64,000 nt of DNA from Eledone cirrhosa (lineage: Eukaryota). Below the pieces are notes generated by a model. The model had not been told where the DNA came from. It saw nothing but the letters and a program-made list of their open reading frames with translations, and ran no database searches. Position 1 is the stretch's first letter, and each line of letters begins with the position of its first letter. Below, one piece after another: positions 38,806-54,940 of this stretch. A program made the position numbers and the translations under genes. Location of the stretch: contig OZ024748.1 in NCBI GenBank assembly GCA_964016885.1, positions 9,858,001-9,922,000 of the forward strand. Reading direction: 5' to 3'.

Positions 38806-40682
<1,877 letters not shown>

Positions 40683-40964
40683 TCTGTTACCTGTTCCAGC
40701 CAACTAACTGAGGCCATGCTTCTTGGTGAACGATCTGAATGTATATGTCAAGAATATAAATGATATGAAGAAAAACAATGACCTAGTTAGATATTCTCAA
40801 AAGATATAGGAATGGAAACTGTTCCTAAATGATTGTAATGTGAGGAAAAACTACAAGCTAGTCTAGCAACATCTCTATTAATGGCTTGAATGTTTCATCA
40901 GTATCTGACGAGCACTGTTACAAATACTTAAGGATAGATGAAAATATATCCTATGATGATAGAA

Positions 40965-41250
40965 TGTAGTGTACGGGAGAGGAGACTGAGGTGGTATGGA
41001 CATGTGATGCGCATGGAGGATGACCGATGGGTAAAGAAGTGCTAGGAAATGCCAGTTGAAGGAAGACGTGGTAGAGGTAGACCACGAAAAACATGGGCGG
41101 AGGTGGTGAGAACAGACCTCAGATCGCTGAAGCTCACGGTGGAGATGACGAAGGACCGTGACAATTGGAGAGATGCTGTGCTGAATAAGACCCGTCCCAC
41201 CCTTGCAAGCAGGGAAGAGCGGACGTAAAATGATGATGATGATGATGATG
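40965..41250 (+). mobile_element. RTE LINE 3' end
   Basis: ERRLRWYGHVMR...RGRGRPRKTW; (GAT)n tail. Confidence 0.88.
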
Positions 41251-41483
41251 GTATTTCTAACAAGTAACCAGTGCAGTCATCCTACTTTTGACCAACAAAT
41301 CTATTGAAATCCCCAGCCAGGATGGTGAAATACTATGATCTATTATTGAGGTCTTGTGGTACTTGTGTGTGTGTTCCATTACTGTATATTATGAACTGTG
41401 TGAGTAAATAAAGTGGTGTAGGTATGTATTTACAGAATGACATTATTTATTGTTGAAATAGCAAGAATATTTATCTCATGAGT

Positions 41484-41543
<60 letters not shown>

Positions 41544-42164
41544 TGTGTCTATAGGTATATAATAAATGCCTACATATACAGAGAAAGACAACAGCTGATA
41601 AGAATTAGAATAAAGATGAAAAGGCTATTATTATTGTTTGTGAAATCTTGTTACTAAAGAGAGAATGTTTTTATAACTTATTATATTCTTAGTTTCAAAG
41701 CCTTTTGTCTTCTTAAATTGAAGGATTTGCCTGTCTTATCTTAATTAAACCTAAGGCTAAATGACAGCAAACAATGAGAAAACTGCTAGAGTTGTTGTTG
41801 ATTAGCTCCAGATCACTCATCATAAAATAGACCTATATGTCCAAAGGCATCCCATCCATGACCAACCCATCAGTTTTTGTTTAGATATAAGTGTATCCAG
41901 TACTACATTATCCTATGTATCCTTCTCTTAATTAACTAAAATGTATTTCAGTCATGACTCATATTCCAGTATGTATTGTCTTTTTAAGACAGTCAGATCT
42001 GATATAAGGGAGATTTGCCTAAGACAGCTAAATCAGATCTATGACAAGAAAATATTTGACTCAATGTCTGAGTGTGAGTCACTGATGATCCAGATTCCAT
42101 GGATTTGTAATAATATAGTAGAACATATCTAAAAATGGGGTCTTTTAATTTAAAACATTATTAT

Positions 42165-42730
42165 CCTCATCACTGTTTAACGTCCATTTTGCCACACTAG
42201 CATGGATTAGACAAGTTGTCCCATTGTGAGACAATCCAGATCAAATGACCATATCTTGCTCATACAGAACTGATTTTGGCTTGGTTTCTATAGCTGGATA
42301 CCCTTCCTAACACCAACCACTTTACAGTGTGGACTGGGTGCTTTTTATCATGGCACCAAAACAATCTGTGAAGATTAGAAAGAAATGAAGTTTGCATGCT
42401 TCAATTTATGTGAAATACATGAATAGCAAAGCATAAATGAACTAAGAGAGAAATTGGGTATAAGAGGGATCAGATGCAGTGTTCAGGTGAGAAGATTGCG
42501 TTGGTATGAACATGTGATGCATATGAAGGATGACAGCTGTATAAAACACCCAGAACACACTGTAATGTGGTTGGTGTTAGGAAGGGCATCCAGCCATAGA
42601 AACAAAGCCAAAATACTGATCCATCTGAACACGATGCGGTCACCTAATCTGACTTTTCATAATGTGACAAATTGTCTAACCCATGCAAGCAGTGGGAAAA
42701 AAAGATCTTAACTGATGATGATGATGATAT
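42165..42730. mobile_element. Cluster of RTE 3' fragments and RTE-tailed short repeats in both orientations
   Basis: aggaagggcatccagc..tagaaac motif; RRLRWYEHVM. Confidence 0.75.
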
Positions 42731-43479
42731 TTAAGAAAATTGACAGACTGACAGCTGTCATCCATTGTAAAGATAGCTGTACATAGTTTTAACTCCTACC
42801 AAAAGTACTGCTGGTCTGGGGTGGGGGGATCACAGAGTCTAACAACGCAGTTCAACCCTGTTCTGGAGTATTTTACAAGTTAAGAAAAGGAAATATATGA
42901 TTGATGTGTATTTTTACTGACAGGAGAGAACTTATCAGTCACAGAGAAACAAGAAAAAACCTCAAATAAAAAAAACGAATGGATAAATAAAAATATATAA
43001 ACAAATGAAAAATAAAATATAGATAAATATAAATATAGAATAAACATTAGAAGATTGAAAAGGAAATATAAAAATATAAATAATAAAAGATAGAAAGAAT
43101 GGCAAGAATAATTGAGGCAGGGGTGAGGGGTGTGGTTTCTACAAACATCAAAACAACAAGACAGACTAGAAGGAGCCAATGGGGAAGCCTCCACACGGTC
43201 ATTATTGTTTGACCTACTAGAAATAACAGGTCAAATCTTCCCTCAAATCATAAGCGAATCATGCAATTCTCTCTATATATATATATACACTGATCTATAG
43301 ATATAGAAGCCTATAGATACACTAGTTATATATACACTGGCCTATATATACACTGGCCTATAGATACACTGATCTATAGATACACAGGCCTATAGATACA
43401 CTGGTTATAAATACATTGGCCTATATATACATAGGCCTATAGAATCACTGGTTATATATGCAAAGGCCATTATATATAG

Positions 43480-44680
43480 CGACTCCAATTATAATTTGTT
43501 AGATGCTGGGATAAGATGGTGGTGTGTTGTGGTGTTCATTCAGTTGTATGTACTCATGGATTGCTCAGTTGTGTGGTCACTGTTGTGTTGAATGTAGCTG
43601 AAAGAAGTTTGTTGTGACTAAAGAAGACGGCAGAGCGACCTTTACAATGGAGTCAACCAATAGCCAAATTCATTGAACTCGTAACAGCAGGTGTTCAAGT
43701 CAGCAATACTTGGACACTGGAAGAGTGCGTACATCTTGTACAGGCCCAGCTGACAACACTTCCATGCCTGTAGAGTTTATCCTGAACTGGCAAAGCTCCC
43801 TGGTAGCATTGCTAGGTGAAGGATTTCTAGAAATTATCCATGAGCCCTGGACCAAAAGTCCTCCTGAAAAGTGTGACTAGATGGTTTTCATCAATGCCCA
43901 GAGTTTCCTCAAGAACGTCATCACTTTTATCTGCCACTACCCCTCTATAAAACGCCAAGTGGAGTTTCCAGGACTGCAGCTCCATTAAGATGAGCTGGGG
44001 AAACGTGTCTAGTGAATGGCGACCTAATCTGTTCACTGCAAAGGAAAAGATTGAGATGTCGTAGCCTCAGCGCATGTTTGGACATTATCTGCCATGGCAT
44101 TTCAACTCCTCCACACAGTGGGTGTTGACAGCAGATGGACAGCCTGACCATCAGAACATGTACCTTCCACAAGAAGTGAAAGAGCAGAAGCCCCAGTGCC
44201 ATCAGACAAGGCATGACGTTCAGTTGATAGTAGATGGTAGACCCGACGTATGCCATCTCTGCCTGATCTTTTAGCGATAGCATCCTCTCAGCCCATTCCT
44301 CAGTGAGATTGACCACTCTGTTCATCACCTTGTCCTAGTTTTTGACCATCTGGAAGTCCAGACCAAACCAGACCCCAAGCAATTCAATTTGTCTGTCCAG
44401 CCCCCCAGTGACACTGTTGGACAGCATGGACCTGCCTCTCCAAGTAGGGAGTTTCAGGCCCACCAACTTTTCCTGGTTAATTTTTGCTCTTGGCAGTGCC
44501 AATCACCTCAATATCTTTGATGCTCTACACTACTATAATGATGTCATCGGCACAACCTGACACAGATCTCCCATGTCCTAGTTTGTGCAGGATGCCCATC
44601 AAACTCTCCAATTTGTGCAGTAATGGTCAACCCGATGTTATAGTAAATGACACCTAAGATACCACACAATTGATCCCTGA
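43480..44680 (-). mobile_element. Decayed L1/Tx1-like LINE fragment
   Basis: LLGVWFG, W..R.LSLK, IYY.L.V.PC, GGVEMP motifs typical of the Tx1 RT C-terminal region. Confidence 0.7.
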
Positions 44681-45160
44681 AACTAATTCATGCTGCATCC
44701 ATAATGGCAATAATTGTTTCTACTTTTGGCACAAGGCCAGCAATTATCCCAGTGCATTACTGGTACTTTATTTTATCGACCCCGTAAGGATGAAAGGCAA
44801 AGTTAATGGCAATAATGATTTCTAATTCTAGACAAGGCTAACACTTTGTGGGAAGGCGAAAGTCCATCATACTGTCCCCCAGTATTTTACTGGGAGCGGT
44901 GACAGCAGCATTGTCATGGTGGTTGATAATGTTGATGATGATGATGAAAAACATTTGACCCAGAAGAAGACAAAAGAAGAGGAAGGGGAACATTACATGC
45001 AAACATATTCAAAGCAGAAGAAAAAGCAGACTTGAAACAAGAAACAAACCCTTGATTTTCGCAACTGGTGACTGAATAAACCTTTTGTACTTTTCTCCAT
45101 TTCTCTTGTAATGTTACCATTCCAATATATAATATAATCCAATAGATGTCTATATATATA

Positions 45161-45475
45161 ATGTGTGTGTATTGATATTTATGTATTTATATATAATGTG
45201 TGAGTGTTGATATTTATGTATTTATATATAATGTGTGAGTGTTGATATTTATGTATTTATATATAATGTGTGAGCGTTGATATTTATGTATTTATATATA
45301 ATGTGTGTGTATTGATATTTATGTATTTATATATAATGTGTGAGCGTTGATATTTATGTATTTATATATAATGTGTGAGCGTTGATATTTATGTATTTAT
45401 ATATAATGTGTGAGTGTTGATATTTATGTATTTATATATAATGTGTGAGTGTTGATATTTATGTATTTATATATA
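45161..45475. repeat. 35-bp minisatellite, 9 copies
   Basis: atgtgtgagtgttgatatttatgtatttatatata at 35-nt spacing. Confidence 0.95.
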
Positions 45476-46034
45476 TGTGTATAGAATTTCGACTGCTTTT
45501 CTTTATATTTCTAACCATGTAGAATAAAAAGAACTATATAAATAAGTAAATATATACAATGTTGTCTTGCAGTTGCAATAAATGTAATAAAAATGGTTAT
45601 GAGAACAAAATATATATGTATAAATATCAATGTATATATATGTATGTGTGTGAGTATAGATAAATATATAAATAAGTATATATGTATGTATATATATATG
45701 TGTGTGTGTGTGTGTGTATATATATATTGTTAGGGAGACAATAAATATAAAAAATGTACCCTAAAGTTAGAGGAAGTGATAATATCCATTGGCATTAAAC
45801 GGGGTCGATAAAATAAAGTACCAGTAATACACTGGGTAATTGCTGGCCTTGTGCCAAAAGTAGAAACAATTAATGTGTAAATGTGGTTGTGTGTGAATAT
45901 ATAGACACACACATGTATATATACTCAGATGAACCTCAGAGTATCCAGCTAGCTTGACAGCACATCTTCATTTGACTTAGTTCAAAATACTAAACTGCAG
46001 TTTTATTCTTTATTACTTACTATGAGTATTATTA

Positions 46035-46242
46035 CAGGTGGTGGTGGTGGCGGTGGTGGTGGTGGCGGTGGTGGTGGTGGTGGTGGTGGTGGTGAGTGTT
46101 TCTTTTCTGTGTTAATGTGACAGGTAAGAAAGCAAAACAACTTACAGCAGACTAAGGGAGGGAGAGAGAGAGTGAAGAGAGAGAGAGAGAGAGAGACAGT
46201 GACGAGGGAGGGGGAGACAGAGTGAAGGGAGAGAGTGACGAG

Positions 46243-46281
<39 letters not shown>

Positions 46282-46640
46282 ACAGAGGTAAAAGGAAGAG
46301 AGACAGGTAGGAATGAGTGGGGAGACAGCACTCCCACCATCATCATCACTACAATTACTACCACCACCACCACCAAACCCACCACTACCACAACCACCAC
46401 TATTACCACCACCAGCACCACAACCACCACTACTACTACTAATACCACCACCACCACCAAACCCACCACTACCACAACCACCACCACAACCACCACTACT
46501 ACCACCATTACTACTACTGCTACTACCACCACCAACACCACCATTACTACTACTGCTACTACCACCACCAACACCACTACCACCACCAACACCACAACCT
46601 TTGTCATTATTATCAACTAATACCATCACTATGACTAACA
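46035..46640. repeat. (GGT)n, (GA)n and (ACC/ACT)n low-complexity block
   Basis: Direct reading. Confidence 0.92.
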
Positions 46641-46843
46641 GACCTGCCCCACCTAACAACATGTCTCCTATGACCACATGACACACATGTAGACAAGCAG
46701 ACACTACATGTACACACACATAAACTACACAAACACGACAGTGTATGTGTGTGAGTACATCTGAACACACATTTTTCCTTGAACATTTTTTTTCTGTTCC
46801 TTGCTCTTCTCATTCTCTATTTCATCTTTTATTTCTCATTCTA

Positions 46844-46879
46844 TCTTCTGATGAAGGACTAGTGTCCGAAACGTTAAAA
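46844..46879 (+). ncRNA. Minimal hammerhead motif
   Basis: tctt-CTGATGA-A-GGAC-tagt-GTCC-GAAA-CG-TT-aaaa; palindromic AACGTT stem III. Confidence 0.7.
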
Positions 46880-47309
46880 CTCTTTTCCTACTACATCAAG
46901 CATTAAACTAAGATATTTATTATTGTGTCGTTTGCTTTGTTATTTCTGTTTTCTTTTTGCATATAAATATATATATTTGGGCCACAAAGTTAGGAGCATA
47001 TTGGCAGATGTAGACCTGAGAGTTTTAATAAAATATATATGTCTGAACGTTTATTTCATATATACATATATGGGAGATGACACAGGACTGATAAATCAGG
47101 TGATATTCTCATATTTGGTAATACAAGGAACTCCTCTCCCCGCAAGTGGCATGAAACAACACAGAGGATAGCAAACCGCCTTCCTCCCTCCATCCTAAAC
47201 ATGAAGAGAGACAGAACAACTCTCTGATCCTCGTCTCTTAATATACTCCCAACTTGTAGAGATAGTAAAGGTATCCAAAGTTAAGATATGGGAGGATTTG
47301 GGGTTTAAG

Positions 47310-47940
47310 CTGGAATCCAATTTCAGTTCAGCAAATATCGATAGACTCCACTAAGTGTGTTCATAATCTTTATGAACAGGATTGATATGTGCAACCAGGT
47401 TAGAAGTGGTATCATGACTGTCAGGTGGAGGATCAGTTGGCTGGAATTTGTAAATGACATGGTATTACTGAATTCATCAGAAGGTGATCTCCAACATGCA
47501 CTTGATAACATTCACTCACCAGAAGAAGAGAAGTAGGTGTAAAAGCCAAGCTCACTATCTTCAATTTGGTATTCATGCCAGCCTTTACCTATGGTTCTGA
47601 ATCTTGGGTAACGACCCAAATAATGCAGCCAAAATGGTGTTCCTCCAAAAAATCTTTGAAGTAATGTTACTCGAAAAAGTGTATAGCTCAGAGACCCGAG
47701 TTGCTTCAGGTAAAGCTGCTACTTCTTCGAATTGAGAGATCACAGCTCCGATACTACAGGCATGTGGTTAGAATGTCTCAGAAAAGAATAGCTGGACAGA
47801 TTTTATGGGCAAAACTAACTGGCAGGCAACACAAGGGTAGACTCCGAGTAAGATGGGAATCCAATCAGATCAATTGGAGACAGTTGCCACTGCCAGGACC
47901 CAATGGAAAGCATAGGATTAATTGGGCAAAGAAGAAGAAC
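47310..47940 (+). mobile_element. Decayed RTE-like LINE fragment
   Basis: IERSQLRYYRHVVRM, GRQHKGRLRVRW; degenerate ADD motif. Confidence 0.7.
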
Positions 47941-48814
47941 AACCACATCATCAACATACATATAAGTTTGATAAGTTTCAGCCAGTATTGGCCAAGGTCA
48001 TGTCTAACTTAATAGCACCACCTAGCAATATATATCTGTTTATTCACGTTAGATATTTAAGTATACGTGTAATGATGTATGCATCATACAATTGGAATTT
48101 CTATACAAGATTGCTCTTCTCAATTCCCATGTTAATTTTTATGACACTAAATTTGCTTGCTTCAATGCATTCTACTAGTATTGTCAGATCTCCAACACAA
48201 TAAATACATTCATGGATAGAAACATTTTCATAAATAAAACTGCACACTTCTCTCAACAAGAAAATATTGTTTATTTTTTATTTTTAAATATATTTTAAAT
48301 GGTTTGTTTTTAAATATAAATTAAAAAAATTTTTTTGATTTTTTAAAATATATCTTTATATTTTCTTATATATTTAAATATATTTTTTTTATTTTAAAAT
48401 ATTTTATAATTAATTTTTTTTTTTTGCCTTGAATCATATCTTGTTTAAATTATCATCAATGTGGCAATTTTCATCATCATTGTTACTGTTGTTGTTATTG
48501 TCATTGCAGTTTTGTTGTTGCTCTTGTTGTTTAGCTCTTGGTCAGTCATGATCCAGCAAACTAATGATCAAAGAGGCTCTCCTACCATGACCATCCTGTC
48601 CATTTCCCATACATTGAAAATGTAGGTCTATCATTTCTGTTGTTGTTTTTAAAATATTGAAATAGTAAAGTGTAATTAGAAAGGAATTTGACTGCTATTT
48701 CTAGTGATCTTACATTAGTATTAGATGTTCTGATGGTAGTAATAGTGGTACTGGTGGTAGTTGTGATAGTGGTGTTTGTTGTGGTAGTTTTGGTTGCAGT
48801 GGTAGTGTCCATGA

Positions 48815-48879
<65 letters not shown>

Positions 48880-49259
48880 TACCAGCAGGGTCTTTATCAA
48901 CCTTGAAAGGATGAAAGGCAAAGTGGACCCTGGCAGGATTTGAACTCAGAAGACAGAAACTAAATATCCAATATCCAACATGTTAACGACCTTGACAAAT
49001 CAACCACCTTTGGAGGGAGGACATCATAATCTAGGGCCAGAAAAGAACTTAAGCAAGCCTTGGTTACTGTAGATGATTAAGTAGTAAGGCATGACAGTTT
49101 CACAGGAGGAACTGGAATGAAAGACTGTTTAGAAAAATACACCAAGACAACCTTAAAAAGAGGAAAATTGATAAACTCTACCATAGCCATGTTAGATAAA
49201 CAGAGATAAGAATTAAACTAAATGTAGACTTTAAAATATTTTGGCAATTAATGTACTAG

Positions 49260-49653
49260 ACAGAGAACACACACAGCACATATATAGATGATAGTATGAT
49301 ATAGAGAACACACACACACACACCCACACACCCACACCCACACACCCACACCCACACAACACACACACATATAGATGATAGTATGATATAGAGAACACAC
49401 ACACACACACACACAACACACACATTTATAGATGATAGTATGATATAGAGAACACACACATATATATAGATGATAGTATGATAGAGAGAACACACACACC
49501 CACACCCACACACCCACACACCCACCCACACAACACACAACACACACATTTATAGATGATAGTATGATATAGAGAACACACACACACATATAGATGATAG
49601 TATGATATAGAGAACACACACACACACACATAGATGATAGTATGATATAGAGA

Positions 49654-49686
<33 letters not shown>

Positions 49687-50010
49687 GATGATAGTATGAT
49701 ATAGAGAACACACACACACACGCACACACATAGATGATAGTATGATATAGAGAACACACACACACACACACACATAGATGATAGTATGATATAGAGAACA
49801 CACACACACGCACACGCACACACACACACCCACACACCCACATCTACACCACACACACATATAGATGATAGTATGATATAGAGAACACACACACACACAC
49901 ACACACATAGATGATAGTATGATATAGAGAACACACACACACACACATAGATGATAGTATGATATAGAGAACACACACACACACATATAGATGATAGTAT
50001 GATATAGAGG

Positions 50011-50042
<32 letters not shown>

Positions 50043-50440
50043 GATAGTATGATATAGAGAACACACACACACACACACATAGATGATAGTATGATATAGA
50101 GAACACACACACACGCACACACATATAGATGATAGTATGATATAGAGAACACACACACACACACAGCACACACACAGCACACACACAACACACACACAAC
50201 ACACACAGCACACACACACAACACACACACACACAACACACACAACACACAACACACACAGCACACAACACACACACAACACACACACAACACACAACAC
50301 ACAACACACACACAACACACACAGCACACACACACAACACACACAACACACACAGCACACACACACAACACACACACAACACACACACAACACACACACA
50401 AAACACACACATAAATGAAAGTATGAGAAAGAGAACATAA
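49260..50440. repeat. Compound minisatellite: 26-bp constant core x17 plus variable (AC)n spacers
   Basis: ATAGATGATAGTATGATATAGAGAAC counted 17 times, plus a degenerate copy near 50410. Confidence 0.95.
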
Positions 50441-50649
50441 ACAACACACAGAAATAAAAAAGTTAAGAAGTTATCATATAGATATATAATTATTTCTACT
50501 TTTGGCACAAGGCCAGCAATTATTCCAGTACATTACTGGTACTTTATTTTATCGACCCCGTAAGGATATATAATATCAACCAAAAGGAAAATATAATCAA
50601 TTTACGAGAGTCAGTAGCATAGTAAAGATTAATATTAAGGTCAAGTGAT

Positions 50650-50753
50650 AGTCCTGTTCCTCTGGAATTTCACCTGTGTATTCACAGGATAATCAGAGAA
50701 AACTATTGTCTGATGATCCTGTCAAGATAGGTGAAACTCCAAAGGAATAGGAT
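50650..50753. ncRNA. Pair of divergent hammerhead motifs, one per strand
   Basis: Plus: CTGATGA(50710)-T-CCTGT-caag-ATAGG-T-GAAA-CTCCAAAG. Minus: CTGATTA(50696-50690)-T-CCTGTG-aata-CACAGG-T-GAAA-TTCCAGAG. Confidence 0.65.
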
Positions 50754-50889
50754 TTGTTTGTGGCTTGGTCCAGTCTTCTTCTCAATTGCTACAGTAATGA
50801 CAAATTACTTCAAATCTATCCCAACAAAACCACCTATTATATGTCCAAGACCCATGCTAACATGGAAAAATGGACGGATAACACTGATG

Positions 50890-51360
50890 ATGATGTTTTC
50901 TAATTTGGTCATTCAGTTTGAATCTTGCCCAGTACTGGAGAGTCACTCCCTTTCTCAGTCCAAGGAATTTTCAACATCCAACAGTAGCCCTACATATCAA
51001 AATCTTATATCTTTTACATAATATCCCTAATCATGAGCCACACCTTGCAGTCATATTAGAATACCGACCACACATAAGTTCTGAGGGCGCTAATCGTTGT
51101 AAAAATATTGAGCTTAATCCACATAAGGTGAGTGTTCTACATGAATGCTTATTTTACTATACTCAGTTGGTCATCCTTTCAACATCTTTCACCACCAGAT
51201 TTCAAAATTTCTGAACTAATGCCATCAATACCCGGGATGTTATTGTTATTGAACCTTTTTACAGCTGCTGTAATATCTTGTGTTGGCTCAACATTTATTG
51301 GACAACAGGAAGCACAACCATTTCCACAATTATTCTCATATTTACATTTGATCACCTATT
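50890..51360 (-). mobile_element. Decayed CR1-like LINE fragment
   Basis: Degenerate VW.P, QRL..K.L, RL....IPL.ER..RF pattern. Confidence 0.5.
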
Positions 51361-51384
51361 GAGAAGATCAGAATAGTACTATAC

Positions 51385-51760
51385 CCATCACCTTTGTAGG
51401 GATGTGACAACAGTAAAGAGTTGTCCCCATCACCTTTGTAGGGATGTGACAACAGTAAAGAGTTGTCCCCATCACCTTTGTAGGGATGTGACAACAGTAA
51501 AGAGTTGTCCCCATCACCTTTGTAGGGATGTGACAACAGTAAAGAGTTGTCCTCATCACCTTTGTAGGGATGTGACAACAGTAAAGAGTTGTCCCCATCA
51601 CCTTTGTAGGGATGTGACAACAGTAAAGAGTTGTCCCCATCACCTTTGTAGGGATGTGACATCAGTAAAGAGTTGTCCCCATCACCTTTGTAGGGATGTG
51701 ACAACAGTAAAGAGTTGTCCCCATCACCTTTGTAGGGATGTGACAACAGTAAAGAGTTGT
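51385..51760. repeat. 42-bp minisatellite, 9 copies
   Basis: ccatcacctttgtagggatgtgacaacagtaaagagttgtcc. Confidence 0.97.
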
Positions 51761-54700
51761 TAAGGTACATAATGTAAAATGTATGCAAAGTCTAGTTTTT
51801 AAATTGTTTCTACTAAATCCTTACAGGATGTTAAGAGTTAACAATGATACCAATCAACATCTTTATCCATTTGCAAGCAGCCAACTGTTGACAATTAATT
51901 GACTTTTGTGTCCTCTTTATGTAATGTTAGACTAATATAATTCTGGTGACACATTTAGAAATAATTTCTATAGACCTACATTCCATAAATTCAACAATAA
52001 GACATATTTGTTAATTCGTAATTAAGAATAATTATCATAAACTATATACTCATATATATATATATAATTGTCACTTTAACATCTGCTTTCTCTGCCAGCA
52101 AGGATGGGCAGGTCTATATAGACCAAGTCCGAACTGAAGCGGAGCCACCGATCTCCCAAGCAAGCTATGGATCTGTGTCTCACTTATATATATGTATATA
52201 TATATGTATATGTATATATATTATTTAGAAAACAAAGAGAAACACAAACACGAGCACAATTCCCACTCTTCGGCTGTCTTATGTGGATCACCACAGTGTG
52301 TTAATATCTAAAATGGATAGCTATCCAGGAAGAAACACAATGGACAATATATATATTTATAAGGGCACCCAGCTGCAGAAAACCAGCTAGAAACAGTCCT
52401 ATATGAGTGAGACATGATCACCCGACCAAACTTGCTTCTAAATGGGACAAATCCGTCTAACCCATGCTAGCGTGGAAGATAGTCGTTAAACGATGATGAT
52501 GATGATGATATACATGTGTGTGTGTGTGTGTGTGTGATTTGAAGGGAATTTAGCTGCTATGTTTTTCAGATGATCACATTAAGGCTCTCCAAGACAGTCA
52601 TTAGACTAACTTGGGCTGACAACCCAGGACGGAAAACTAAGATTGAGGCATTAAAGATTTGAACCAAGGACTTTGATGTGATGACTAGACCTGCTAGAAC
52701 TAGCAACCACATTTCCCATTAAAAATCAGGATGGTCTCAGCCGAAACTCCTTGAATCGCAAGCCTTGTTTAGTGAGAGGGAAGAAAGGAACAACAACAAC
52801 ATAGGGAATCTTGCACGTGCGAAACAGACTTTCTGCTACTGGCTCCCGTAACAAAACACAATATGGGCGGAGAGAATAGAATATAAAGGAAGGAAAGAGA
52901 GGAGACGAAAGGTGGAAGGGGGAGATGGCATAAAAGGTAAAAAGGAGTGGGGAACGAGGGGGGGGGGATAAGAGAACAAGGAGGAATTAACAAAAGATGT
53001 AAAAATGATGATGGGGGTGGTATAAGGAAGAAGAAGGAGGAGGATAAGGAAAAGATGAACAACAACAACCAGGAGAAAATGATTTGAACGAGAATATAGA
53101 ATTTTCTTTGTTGTTTTAGTTTTGAGTGAAACCAGACATTCTGGCCATGACCATTCCATTTGTTCTTCCTATTTCAAGACAGTAAGACGTGATTTGAGGA
53201 AGATTTGGCTGTTGTTTCTAGTAGGTCAATCGACTATGTACGGGCAAGTTTCGTCCCTGGAATAAAGTTGCCTCGGTGGTTGTTGTTATTGTTGATCTTG
53301 TTCCTGAAGCTGTTTAACCCTGGGTCATTACTTATCCAGCAGACCTATTATGAAAACCATTCTAACCAGGCACATCACGACTTTTTTTTTTTACACCAGC
53401 AACTAAATTGTCTAATTTCTCTTACGAAGCTAGGACCGATTCATGTTTAAAGACATCCAACGTTATTGGGATCAAACTTTCTGCTTCATATTTGCAAAGC
53501 AAAACTCTTGACCACTCAACTGACCTAGGGCTAAACAACAACAGCCTCAGAAAGAAGATCAATAACAATTATAACAACAACATCAGTTGTACGAGCGACC
53601 GAGCCTGCTTATACATGGTCGCTTGACCTACTAGAAATAACAGCCAAATCCTACCTTCCTACGTTTTCTAAAATAATTCCCAATTAACTAGTTCTTTGAT
53701 AGTTTATATAGAAGGTTGATTACATCCAAGTTGTTCTGTTTGGCTAATTTAGGCGGAATTTATTGCCAGAGATCCCTTAGTTCAATAGTTAGAGCACTCA
53801 GAAGGGAATTCGAGGGACAGAATTATCCGTGGCCAACGTTTCCCATTTATTTCTTAACACATTTTCTAAGCTATTATTTACAGCAATCCACAGTTATATT
53901 CAGCGTTTGGCATTCCTAAATCTTCTAAAATATTATTAATAATTTTTTTTTATCGGCCTTGGGAGTTCCAGAAACTGGGGAGAGTATATAGAAGGAATCA
54001 ACAAATATAACACGTAAAATGTCTTTGGTAATTTTTAAAACCTGGCGGAATCCATCCCTTCTCCAAGTCTTCATCCGATATCTTACAGAAAAAGAGAGAA
54101 GGTAATACAGATACTATTTTTTATCGACTTCAGAAGAATGAAAGGTAAAGTTCACTTCGGTAGGATTTGAACTCAGACTACAGAAAAGCAGAAGGAATAC
54201 CACAAAGGATTCCATGTGACGTTTTAACTACTTTAATTATTTAATGTTTATTCGGCGATAACAATAACGGGTTCATACTAAAAAAAATAAATAATTAGAA
54301 ACACACCAATTTACATATCAAAGTCGGCTGGCACTAGTAACTGGAATTGAAAAGTTATACATGCAGGTATTGAATTAAAAAATCTAACCATCCTCATTTT
54401 ACGTCCACTTTCCACTGGCCTGTGTTAGGTTGTCACAAACCCACACAAGACATAACAGAGCAACTGTTTCTATGGTGGGATGCCCTTCCTAACCACTTTA
54501 CAGTGTTTACTGGGTGTATTGTTTTTGTCGATATCAGTACAACTTAACACAGCGACAATTGCCCCCTTGGGCACCACCACCACCACCCATTAAATCCGGC
54601 CCTGGGTGGTAGTGATGGCAAATGATGGTGGTGTTGATAGTTTTAGGGTTGGTGGTGCTGATGATAATAATGGAAATGATGAGGCTTCCAGTGATTGAAT

Positions 54701-54822
54701 ACAATAAAAGAAGGAACAAAACTAATAAAACACTGTATCTGTATATGTATGTGAGTGTGTGTATGTGTGTGTATGCGAGCGTGTGTGTATGTGTGCGTGT
54801 ATATATATATATATATATATAG

Positions 54823-54854
<32 letters not shown>

Positions 54855-54886
54855 CAAAAACAAAGACGAAAAATAAGAATACTTAC

Positions 54887-54940
54887 ATTGGGAGATTTGG
54901 CGTCGTCTGAAGAATTCGAAGGTAGATTTTCTGATTCCAT
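54887..54940 (-). CDS. RHPN2: Rhophilin, putative coding exon 1 (MESENLPSNSSDDAKSPN)
   Basis: ATG with an upstream in-frame TGA, 18 codons, then GTAAGT donor in phase 0, matching the phase-0 acceptor of exon 2. Length is similar to the vertebrate pre-HR1 leader. No sequence homology support; implies an 18.8-kb intron. Confidence 0.5.

Noticed and set aside
40900-40945. Hammerhead at CTGACGA 40908
   Set aside because: No GAAA and no convincing stem II or stem I; at most a heavily decayed relic.
42075-42112. Hammerhead at gagtca-CTGATGA-TCCA...TGGA
   Set aside because: A stem is present but not followed by GAAA or a cleavage triplet.
49260-50440. CRISPR array
   Set aside because: Spacers are pure (AC)n microsatellite, the repeat is not palindromic, there are no cas genes, and the context is a eukaryotic intron.
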